Of a stretch of 18,542 nt of DNA, positions 7,484 through 14,206 are shown piece after piece. The notes below the pieces were generated by a model. The model saw only the letters and a program-made list of their open reading frames with translations, did not search any database and was not told the origin of the DNA. The position numbers and the translations under genes were made by a program. Numbering within the stretch: the stretch's first letter is position 1; every line of letters starts with the position of its first letter. The stretch comes from a virus (Duplodnaviria > Heunggongvirae > Uroviricota > Caudoviricetes), in the IMG/VR virus record IMGVR_UViG_2541047913_000008, positions 1-18,542 of that record. One strand, 5' to 3'.

Positions 7484-8476
7484 TCAGAATGTCAATTTGT
7501 TACTGGATTTACCAAATTTGTCAGACATGGCTCCCAGGCCAGCCAGGACATCGACCTGTCGCTGTCGCCCACCTCCGTGAGCGGCTGGCTGTTGCCAGTA
7601 ATCTTCGAAGTGACGATCGGGTCCAAAGAACGTCGCAGCCTGCTTCACGAACTGTGTGCCGGTATTTCCTGTAGCACGTACCCAGGCGGCATACCGCTTC
7701 ACGCCATCAAGCATGGTCTCCGGTTTTATTCCCTCCCTGATACGGGCTTTCCAGGCTTTGAAGGCTGCTGACTTGGAATTGCCACCAGCACGTTTGGGAT
7801 ATTCCTGCCAGGCCTGTTCAAATTCCGGTGAATATTCCTGTCTGGCAGAACGCGCTGGTGCAGACGCGTCAGCGGATGCGCCAATAGTGTTTTTAGTCTC
7901 CGTTGTAATCTCTGTAGTAATCTCTGTATTTGTATCAACATTCGGCGTATCCCCTGTTCCGTTACGACGTCGGGGGGTGTTCCGTTTTAACGTAATAGCT
8001 GTATCGCTGATTGCATTATTGCTGTTACTTTCTGGCGAAACAGAAGAAGGTGTGGTGATGGCCGCAATTGCCTGTGGGTTGATCCCGACAAACAAAATAT
8101 TGCTACATTTCACCCCATCGAGCATTTCCACCGTGCGTAAATCCAGAGTAATAAACCCGGCATCACGGAGACGCTTCAGCGCATCTGCGGTTTCCCTTTT
8201 CCCGAAACCAAACTGCTCAGCAAACGCCTGGTAGCTTCTTTGCAGTTTGTCGCCCTGAAAACGCTTGCGATATCCCAGCAACGCTCCGGTGTGCTCATCC
8301 CTGACCTCTGTCGGGCGGTACCAGTAAACGATCTCTGAAAGCAGAGCGATAGCCGTCGCATCCGGACGCCCACTGGGTAGTCGAATATATTTCCACCAGG
8401 TCGCAGGTGTAACATTGCCGGAAATATTAATTTGACCAATAGCCATAACTTCCGGTGTGGGGGCGTAACGGCTCAT
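7484..8476 (-). CDS. Replication initiator (O-like, replisome organiser)
   Basis: 330 aa, ATG with GGAAGGAGG ribosome-binding site, directly upstream of the DnaC-like and DnaB-like genes. Contains a low-complexity linker (TNTEITTEITTE) encoded by direct DNA repeats, as in the lambda O gene. Confidence 0.6.
   Translation of the reverse strand: MSRYAPTPEVMAIGQINISGNVTPATWWKYIRLPSGRPDATAIALLSEIVYWYRPTEVRDEHTGALLGYRKRFQGDKLQRSYQAFAEQFGFGKRETADALKRLRDAGFITLDLRTVEMLDGVKCSNILFVGINPQAIAAITTPSSVSPESNSNNAISDTAITLKRNTPRRRNGTGDTPNVDTNTEITTEITTETKNTIGASADASAPARSARQEYSPEFEQAWQEYPKRAGGNSKSAAFKAWKARIREGIKPETMLDGVKRYAAWVRATGNTGTQFVKQAATFFGPDRHFEDYWQQPAAHGGGRQRQVDVLAGLGAMSDKFGKSSNKLTF
7897..7986. repeat. Iteron-like direct repeats inside the O-like gene (candidate origin of replication)
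   Basis: Three ~12-bp units TCTCCGTTGTAA / TCTCTGTAGTAA / TCTCTGTATTTGTA (about 7897-7935), plus two copies of GTTCCGTT about 30 bp apart (about 7949-7986). Confidence 0.4.
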
Positions 8477-8772
8477 ACAACCTCCTTCCGCAGCATGAGA
8501 ATTGTGTAGCCACGCGCAGGTTGTAGTCTGGCTTTTGCATCAATAGTAAGCGTTGCAATTTTTCGGATATGAAGATAACCAGCTCTTTCCAGTGCCAGGG
8601 TTTCCCTGAATATCGCTTGCTTAGAACAACAGCAGAAATCAGCAAGCACCTGATGATCAATAACTCTCTCGCCTTCACCGTCTGAAGAACCCGACATCAA
8701 AACACGCAACATAATCAGGCGCTGAATCGGGTTATCGAAAGCACATCCGCACACAAACTGAAAACAGTTCAC
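8473..8772 (-). CDS. Hypothetical protein
   Basis: 99 aa. GTG start with GGGAGG ribosome-binding site; 4-nt overlap with the flanking genes. Confidence 0.4.
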   Translation of the reverse strand: MNCFQFVCGCAFDNPIQRLIMLRVLMSGSSDGEGERVIDHQVLADFCCCSKQAIFRETLALERAGYLHIRKIATLTIDAKARLQPARGYTILMLRKEVV

Positions 8773-8993
8773 GCCACACCTCCCAGACGCTTAAACATTT
8801 TTCCGGAGCAAAAGGCTATAAGCGGCATACTGATGCGGTAATTACGGCCCAGCGGTTCACAAATCACCTTCTGACATTCACGGTCAACCAGGCTGACACG
8901 TAGAACATGCCCTGCAGGCGTGGTGTACCACTGACCAGGACGAGGACAACGGAAAGTCTGATTGGTAAACCGTTTGAAAATATTCCGGATCAT
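8769..8993 (-). CDS. Hypothetical protein
   Basis: 74 aa. ATG overlaps the stop of the Rha-like gene (ATGA). Confidence 0.4.
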   Translation of the reverse strand: MIRNIFKRFTNQTFRCPRPGQWYTTPAGHVLRVSLVDRECQKVICEPLGRNYRISMPLIAFCSGKMFKRLGGVA

Positions 8994-9535
8994 TTGCGCC
9001 CCCTTACCTCTGAAGGGTTCAGCGACAAATTTATGAGACTGGCCAGTAGCGCCGCGTCGTTGATGCGGTCATACAGACTTACAGCCAGCGGGGATTCGGC
9101 TTTTGCCAACATGGGATAAAGCTGCTGCAGCCAGACCTGATGAATTGATGAAATGTAGGAATAGAGAACGCTGGCGTTATGTGCAACGTCGCTCAGTACA
9201 GAGGGATTTGAAAGCTGTTTCTCCATCTGGTTAAAGGCATTGATGTATGCCTCTTTGAACTGGGCAGCACGTTTACCCGTGAAACCCATAGCAAGAAACG
9301 CAAAGCCGTCGCGGGTTATTTGATAGCAAGGTAGTTTGCGGCCTGTGCAATCGGTGTAATCACTCACCGAAAAATTGCGGGAAGTGAATGATGCAGAGCA
9401 TTCAAGCGTGCGGATCTTTTTCAGTACATCGTCATGACGTTTGGAGAAGAAGTTGGCAACAGCCAGGGATGAAGTAACAGCCTGACCATCAACGATGGCA
9501 ATTTCAGGTTGAGTGAGGGTTGGGATCGTAGCCAT
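8990..9535 (-). CDS. Rha-family phage regulatory protein
   Basis: Motif VTSSLAVANFFSKRHDDVLKKIRTL matches the Rha N-terminal signature. ATG at 9535 has a GGAGG ribosome-binding site. The ORF-track start at 9835 adds 100 residues rich in Ala/Gly/Ser/Pro that do not look like protein, so I prefer 9535. Confidence 0.6.
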   Translation of the reverse strand: MATIPTLTQPEIAIVDGQAVTSSLAVANFFSKRHDDVLKKIRTLECSASFTSRNFSVSDYTDCTGRKLPCYQITRDGFAFLAMGFTGKRAAQFKEAYINAFNQMEKQLSNPSVLSDVAHNASVLYSYISSIHQVWLQQLYPMLAKAESPLAVSLYDRINDAALLASLINLSLNPSEVRGRK

Positions 9536-9699
9536 GATGGCAGCCTCCGTTGACTGTGGAAAACTTCCACCACCGGAGCTGCGAAACTCACTGGTGGCAG
9601 ACTGAACAGGGTTCGCAGTACCGGCGTCAACGGAGACCGGCGAGCCTTTCGGCTCCCCTGCCCAGCCCACCATAATTCTGGCGTGCGTGAGCGCGGACG

Positions 9700-9721
9700 A
9701 TAAAAAAGACGCTGGCGCGTC
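9700..9721 (-). terminator. Minus-strand intrinsic-terminator-like hairpin between the cro-proximal genes and the replication genes
   Basis: On the minus strand: GACGC-gcca-GCGTC followed by TTTTTTAT (plus 9701-9721). Short 5-bp stem. Confidence 0.35.
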
Positions 9722-9918
9722 ATATATCGCCGTTGACAATTCCGGGCTGCGACCCCCGGCACCCGCTTTATAAGGTGCCTGAGCAGTGTAACGTCCCGGA
9801 ATTGCAGAATCAATATTTGGTCTTGAAATGATCATATAGCTGCTGATATCTTTAGAACTGTTCTTGGATGTTTCGGAGCCGTTTTATGCGAAACAGCTCC
9901 CCGTTATTGATGTTGAGT

Positions 9919-9944
9919 GAGCCGGGTTACTCCCGGCTTTTTTT
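9919..9944 (+). terminator. Plus-oriented intrinsic terminator abutting the stop of the 235-aa gene (oop-like arrangement)
   Basis: Stem GAGCCGGG/CCCGGCTT region (9919-9937) with 5-nt loop, followed by TTTTTTT (9938-9944). Antisense to the early-right operon, as the lambda oop terminator is. Confidence 0.5.
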
Positions 9945-10651
9945 CATCGCTGCCAACCAATAACCTGAAATAACCCCATTTTCGGGTGATACCAGCGAGT
10001 CCCTCGCGGTTCTGCTTCCTCCATAACCCGATAAAAAGCAGCCATAAACGGTTCCACAGCAACAATTGCGCGACGTGACAACAATCCGTCCGGCGTCATG
10101 AACTCATGTGTGTCTGTAGGAATTTGATAGGCGTTCACCAGATTGCGGCATTTATCATCTGACAAACCGGTTTTTGCTTTCAGTTGGCGATATCCGGCAT
10201 AGCCCTCACGAATAGTGCCCTTTTTAATTTGCTCGACTGTTTCAGCAACGTGGCTGACTTTTTCTTCCACCTGAGTGATCCGTTTCTGTTGGCGAACGGC
10301 TTCAAGAGCCATCGCGGCAACCATTTCGATTTCGCTCATTGGCTTACGGATCTGTTCTTCCAGTTCGCGCCAGCGATCTACCAGGCGAGCTGTGAATTCA
10401 GGACAGAGCTGTGCGACGACAATGATGCTGTCGCGCTTACCTCGTTCACCTTCGAATACATACGCGCTAGAAAATCGGCGAGGCCCAAGTGATTGTTTAT
10501 TCTCAATTTCCACAGTCTGTGGAAATTGGATGATTCCCTTTTTAGCCAGTGTTTCAATAGTTCTCTTAACACTATCTGGTCGGCTTCCCACCAGCTCTGC
10601 GATCTCAACGCTGGTCATGGATGCTTTGCCGTTAAAAATTGCGGTGTTCAT
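9944..10651 (-). CDS. Phage regulatory protein in the cII position, Rha/antirepressor-like N-terminus
   Basis: 235 aa. ATG overlaps the cro-like stop (ATGA); AGGAG ribosome-binding site. N-terminal segment SVEIAELVGSRPDSVKRTIETLAKKGII looks like a helix-turn-helix. Family assignment tentative. Confidence 0.5.
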   Translation of the reverse strand: MNTAIFNGKASMTSVEIAELVGSRPDSVKRTIETLAKKGIIQFPQTVEIENKQSLGPRRFSSAYVFEGERGKRDSIIVVAQLCPEFTARLVDRWRELEEQIRKPMSEIEMVAAMALEAVRQQKRITQVEEKVSHVAETVEQIKKGTIREGYAGYRQLKAKTGLSDDKCRNLVNAYQIPTDTHEFMTPDGLLSRRAIVAVEPFMAAFYRVMEEAEPRGTRWYHPKMGLFQVIGWQR

Positions 10652-10938
10652 TGTTTATCTCCTGCGTGTATTCCATCCGCTCTGTGTGGTGAACTTGGAT
10701 TTAGGCTTTTGCGTAACAAGTTAGGAATTCCATCTTCAGGGTGAGGATAAAGATCTGGCCTTAAGCCATGAGGCGTAACCTTCCATGCAACTACTTCACA
10801 TACTCGTAAAACGAAACGAGCAGGAATTGTGCTTTTTGAAAACCACTGATTCACCGCTTGCGGCGTCACACCAAGATTTCGCGCTATGGCATTTTGCGCA
10901 ATTAATGCACGAAGTTTGTCGTAATCATTTCCTTCCAT
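10648..10938 (-). CDS. cro: Cro-like (YdaS-type) helix-turn-helix regulator
   Basis: 96 aa, divergent from cI. Helix-turn-helix IARNLGVTPQAVNQWFS. Weak ribosome-binding site. Confidence 0.6.
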   Translation of the reverse strand: MEGNDYDKLRALIAQNAIARNLGVTPQAVNQWFSKSTIPARFVLRVCEVVAWKVTPHGLRPDLYPHPEDGIPNLLRKSLNPSSPHRADGIHAGDKQ

Positions 10939-11071
10939 AACAAAACACCAATATTAACTTTATAAATCAAGAATACATCAAGTTTAAATTAACATGCAAG
11001 TTACAAAAGGATCGAATACACTAAAATCAAGTAAAGATTTATCCTTGTAAAGAAACCCACAGGATTTGGTC
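10939..11071. promoter_or_regulatory. Divergent cro/cI control region (right-operator-like promoters and operators)
   Basis: 133-bp AT-rich spacer between divergent cro-like and cI genes. Repeated motifs AAATCAAG / CATCAAG / AAATCAAG and CTTGTAAAG. Confidence 0.55.
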
Positions 11072-11761
11072 ATGAAGAACGTCAAAAACACGGAAAATCG
11101 AATAGCCGCGATGCTGAAAGCAAAAGGATGGACTCAGGCTCAACTGGCCCGCAAGTTAGGTGTGAGTGCGCAATCAGTGCAGTACTGGACAACAGGAAAA
11201 ACATTTCCACGGAGTGATAAGCTCGCGCATTTATCAGAGATTAGCGGTTATCCACAATCCTGGTTCTTAGGTGAAGACTCCTCACCAACCTTTTCCTCGC
11301 AAGAGAAACACCAGACAAGAACAGATAGCGTCGTATTTAATGTCCTTGATGTTGAGTTTAGTTGCGGTGATGGAACTCATGTCCGTGGTGACTTGATAGA
11401 TGTAGTGCGCTCAATAGAACTTGATCCTGAATATGCCCGACGTCTTGTTGGAAATCGGGCATTCAAAAATATAGAAATAGGTAACGCCAGAGGAGACAGT
11501 ATGGCTCCCACAATCTCACCTGGCGACCTTCTTTTTCTTGATAAGACAGTAACTTATTTTGATGGCGATGGTATTTATGCATTTTGTTTTGATGGAGAAT
11601 GCTACGTGAAAAGGCTTCAAAAAATTGGAAGCAAAATCATGGTGTTATCTGATAACCCCAATTATCAACCATGGAGCATCGAAAAAGAGGGGTTAGCTCT
11701 GCTTTATATCCAGTCTAAAGTGATCTCATCAGTACCATTCAACATAAACAGATTTGGTTAG
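11072..11761 (+). CDS. cI: cI-type prophage repressor (N-terminal helix-turn-helix plus C-terminal S24 LexA-like autopeptidase)
   Basis: Helix-turn-helix WTQAQLARKLGVSAQSVQYW; S24 motifs GDSMAPTISPGDLLFLD and YVKRL. ATG at 11072 with AGGA ribosome-binding site; the track start at 11066 is a TTG. Confidence 0.85.
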   Translation: MKNVKNTENRIAAMLKAKGWTQAQLARKLGVSAQSVQYWTTGKTFPRSDKLAHLSEISGYPQSWFLGEDSSPTFSSQEKHQTRTDSVVFNVLDVEFSCGDGTHVRGDLIDVVRSIELDPEYARRLVGNRAFKNIEIGNARGDSMAPTISPGDLLFLDKTVTYFDGDGIYAFCFDGECYVKRLQKIGSKIMVLSDNPNYQPWSIEKEGLALLYIQSKVISSVPFNINRFG

Positions 11762-11772
11762 TCTTTGATTTT

Positions 11773-11797
11773 AACGGGCTTTGCCCGTTTTTTTCTG
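11773..11797 (+). terminator. Intrinsic terminator after cI
   Basis: AACGGGC-tttg-GCCCGTT followed by TTTTTTT. Confidence 0.65.
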
Positions 11798-11824
11798 CCT
11801 GAAATATACGATATCAATTTTTTC

Positions 11825-11853
11825 TTGACAGCCTGTTTCCCAAAACATAATAT
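11825..11853 (+). promoter_or_regulatory. Near-consensus sigma70 promoter (candidate left promoter or cargo promoter)
   Basis: -35 TTGACA (11825-11830), 17-bp spacer, -10 TAATAT (11848-11853). Palindrome ATCAAttataacTTGAT lies just downstream (11860-11876) and shares ATCAA/CTTGAT with the cro/cI control region. Confidence 0.55.
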
Positions 11854-11906
11854 CGCACCATCAATTATAACTTGATTTGATTCAATTTAAAATTGTTGGC
11901 GGATAT

Positions 11907-12455
11907 ATGAAGACACTAAAAGCAACTCCAGAAACAACTAATTTTATCAACTGCGGCTGTGTTACGCTTAAGGGCTTAGAACTTGATTCCTTTGCATTAA
12001 ATATTGCAAATTTGCTAAGTGCTGTACGCACATTCCATCTTCTGGATTGTGCTCGCTCAAAGGAACTGGGCATTGAGGTAATGGAATTTATCCATGAATA
12101 TGCTCTATCTGCTGCTTCTCCTGCACAGCAAAAACAATCCTTCCCTGAAAGCTGGCTGGTTAACCTTCGCACCCAACGCGAAGCCTGCGGCTTAACAACC
12201 GCCGAACTCGCCAGGCTGCTCGATCTCGATGAAGAAATTATCATCCAGTGGGAGAGCGGAGAGTACGAACCAACCATCAGCATGCTTATCCCACTGGCAA
12301 ATATTCTTGGCTGCGATCCGATGTGCCTGTTAACTGGTGAGGTTACTCCTCCGGAGAAACCAAAAAGTGAGGAGCAGCAACACCATGACGCATCTCAACA
12401 AGTTTGCCCCTTATCTCGCGAAGCTCTTCTGCGGAAGAACCAATACCAATGGTGA
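11907..12455 (+). CDS. XRE-family helix-turn-helix protein with unrecognised ~95-aa N-terminal domain
   Basis: ATG at 11907 (the track start at 11877 is a TTG). C-terminal helix-turn-helix LTTAELARLLDLDEEIIIQWESGEYEPTISMLIPLANILGCDPMCLL. First gene after the promoter. Confidence 0.55.
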   Translation: MKTLKATPETTNFINCGCVTLKGLELDSFALNIANLLSAVRTFHLLDCARSKELGIEVMEFIHEYALSAASPAQQKQSFPESWLVNLRTQREACGLTTAELARLLDLDEEIIIQWESGEYEPTISMLIPLANILGCDPMCLLTGEVTPPEKPKSEEQQHHDASQQVCPLSREALLRKNQYQW

Positions 12456-12583
12456 CATAATCGCCGCTTCGCCCTTCAAGGTACATGCGAACATTTTTAT
12501 CAATCATTGCGGAAACAGTCTCAATATGAAAACACTTCTGAGACTCGCTATATAGCAGAACATATAAGTCAGCTGAGGAAGCC

Positions 12584-12949
12584 ATGAAAAAGTTCGAAAA
12601 CATAACTGTTCTCCATGTTGATGACTTTGATTATACAAACCCGGAACTTCTCCCGGAGGTTGTAAAGGCAATAGATGTTGCCGATATAGTGATTAGAGAA
12701 AAGAGAATTGTCAAAAACAGGCTCGCATGCACTTCAGGAGCAATGACAGAAACAACCTCACAGCAAGATAATTACGAAGGCATTTGTCTGGAGCCTGATT
12801 CATTTGCGGTAAATGTTTATCATTTATTGCATGCAACACAGGTATTACATATGTCCAGTAATCACGAAACGAAAACACTCGGCAGCGAAATTCTGAGTTT
12901 TGCATGTGAGTATACAAAAGCTGCTGCCGAAAAAGAATTAGCGCAATAA
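12584..12949 (+). CDS. Hypothetical protein, no family recognised
   Basis: 121-aa ORF. ATG with GAGGAA ribosome-binding site 5 nt upstream. Confidence 0.5.
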   Translation: MKKFENITVLHVDDFDYTNPELLPEVVKAIDVADIVIREKRIVKNRLACTSGAMTETTSQQDNYEGICLEPDSFAVNVYHLLHATQVLHMSSNHETKTLGSEILSFACEYTKAAAEKELAQ

Positions 12950-13027
12950 CAACAAATATGCCCTGAACGTTTATTGCGGTTTTATCGCCGGGGATTGTTA
13001 CAACCTTAATCCACAGGAGGCTTTATT

Positions 13028-13141
13028 GTGACTTTTATAAAGAATATGGCATCACACAAGACCGCCTGCCTTATTGCACAATACGGTGAAAATTACATGC
13101 ATATTGCCTGCTTATTTCTGCGTAAAGCATACGGGAGATAA
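13028..13141 (+). CDS. Small upstream ORF (37 aa) with perfect Shine-Dalgarno sequence; possible leader peptide
   Basis: AGGAGG 7 nt upstream of GTG at 13028; stop 2 nt before the ATG of the next gene. Not in the ORF track because it is short. Confidence 0.3.
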   Translation: MTFIKNMASHKTACLIAQYGENYMHIACLFLRKAYGR

Positions 13142-13143
13142 TA

Positions 13144-13344
13144 ATGCATCAGAAAACAGCAGAACACGAACAAACCAGAGTATTGCTGACCATCAAAAAC
13201 GGGAAAGTAATATTCATTCGCCATGTTCATGACGATGAACTTGTAGGAAATCTTTCAACATTCCTGTTTATTGCAGAAAAGGCAGGATATGACGTTATTG
13301 CACCAGCAGATGAAGATGAAGATGAAGATGAAGATGAGGAATAA
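13144..13344 (+). CDS. Small protein with poly-acidic C-terminal tail
   Basis: 66 aa, GGAGA ribosome-binding site. C-terminus ADEDEDEDEDEE is encoded by a GATGAA tandem repeat. Confidence 0.5.
   Translation: MHQKTAEHEQTRVLLTIKNGKVIFIRHVHDDELVGNLSTFLFIAEKAGYDVIAPADEDEDEDEDEE
13309..13338 (+). repeat. In-frame hexanucleotide tandem repeat (GATGAA x4 plus GATGAG)
   Basis: Read directly: gatgaa gatgaa gatgaa gatgaa gatgag at the 3' end of the 66-aa gene. Confidence 0.9.
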
Positions 13345-13349
13345 ATATC

Positions 13350-13931
13350 ATGCAATACGATGAATTCCAGGCTGAAGCAACAGCCAATGGTATACGAACT
13401 GGCAGTATGACGATTGATTATCACGACGCCATACGTCGTCTGGATGCCGGAGAATTCGATACTCCTAATGTGCGAGGTTTACGTATCCTTCAGTGTCTGG
13501 CGCAAGCCGACGAAGCAGGATTACTGGGTAAACTTCCGGTTGAGATGAAGGTTGCTCAGTGGCGATGGTTGTATGTGACGACATTCATCAACGAAGAAGA
13601 AGACAAGAACGGCACAATTGATATCCTGAATGAACACGGAACAACTGAACACGCCGTGGTATATAACGGGATGTATGGGTTTATGACGATATATCCCGGC
13701 CCCATTCGATTTGCCTTACAACAGTATATTGAATGGAATTTAATTCAAAAATACGGCGAAGCTGAAGGAATGGGAAGAGCGCTGTTTCTTTATCAGAAAA
13801 TGCTCACTACTTCCCCTGATAAAGGTTTCATTCTTTCAGATATGGGTCGAGAAGGGCTTGAAATCCTTCTGGATGAAATTATTAACGAAATGAATACTCA
13901 TGGCATGCAATCCGAAACAGATATTAAGTAA
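13350..13931 (+). CDS. Hypothetical protein, translationally coupled to the acidic-tail gene
   Basis: 193 aa. ATG 6 nt after the upstream stop, with GAGGAA as ribosome-binding site. No family recognised. Confidence 0.5.
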   Translation: MQYDEFQAEATANGIRTGSMTIDYHDAIRRLDAGEFDTPNVRGLRILQCLAQADEAGLLGKLPVEMKVAQWRWLYVTTFINEEEDKNGTIDILNEHGTTEHAVVYNGMYGFMTIYPGPIRFALQQYIEWNLIQKYGEAEGMGRALFLYQKMLTTSPDKGFILSDMGREGLEILLDEIINEMNTHGMQSETDIK

Positions 13932-13941
13932 AAGGGACCAC

Positions 13942-14163
13942 ATGACCGTTATCGAGCATATCCAAGAAAATCCAGATTGCAGTAGAGAAGATATATCCCT
14001 CGCATTTGGAAGAAGCGCAACTTCTATCAGTAATGAATTATCACGGTTATTGTGGAATGGGTTAATAGTACGAACTGGAGAAAAAAACAAAATGATTCTG
14101 TACTGCGTAAACAATCTGCCGTTTGGATACAGCAATCCCCTAAGTGTTATGTTCAACCAGTGA
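13942..14163 (+). CDS. Small winged-helix-like protein (hypothetical)
   Basis: 73 aa from the internal ATG at 13942 (the upstream part of the track ORF overlaps the previous gene). Helix-turn-helix-like EDISLAFGRSATSISNELSRLLWNGLIV. Confidence 0.4.
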   Translation: MTVIEHIQENPDCSREDISLAFGRSATSISNELSRLLWNGLIVRTGEKNKMILYCVNNLPFGYSNPLSVMFNQ

Positions 14164-14206
14164 TAGTGATGTTCCGACAGGAGAGAGCAGAGAAAGGGGA
14201 ATCAGC

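Noticed and set aside
3815-8234. Plus-strand ORFs antisense to the replication, DUF968-like and Q genes (3815..4168, 4128..4493, 4531..4788, 4861..5352, 5594..6151, 5682..6065, 6148..6336, 6976..7236, 7233..7580, 7444..7674, 7577..7771, 7656..8234) and minus 7726..7941
   Set aside because: They overlap well-supported minus-strand genes with recognisable motifs, lack ribosome-binding sites, and have biased low-complexity composition.
9421-9835. 130-aa ORF 9421..9813 (-) and the N-terminal 100-residue extension of the 281-aa ORF
   Set aside because: Arg-rich or Ala/Gly/Ser/Pro-rich translations with no motif. A strong GGAGG/ATG start at 9535 explains the Rha-like gene without them. Kept as an open question in the findings.
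10184-10744. Plus-strand ORFs 10184..10492, 10275..10724, 10493..10744 and minus 10378..10608 across the cro-like and cII-position genes
   Set aside because: Antisense or out-of-frame overlaps of better-supported coupled genes. No ribosome-binding sites.
11882-12283. 133-aa minus-strand ORF antisense to the helix-turn-helix gene; also 12711..12917 (-)
   Set aside because: Antisense to ORFs that have a promoter, ribosome-binding site and domain support. Ser/Cys-rich translation.
11907-13143. An N-like antiterminator as first gene of the early-left operon
   Set aside because: No small Arg-rich ORF and no recognisable nut box was seen. The first gene is a helix-turn-helix protein instead. Absence is by inspection only.
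13227-13424. 65-aa minus-strand ORF containing a run of serines
   Set aside because: It is the antisense reading of the GATGAA repeat (poly-Ser from TCATCT repeats), an artefact of the repeat.
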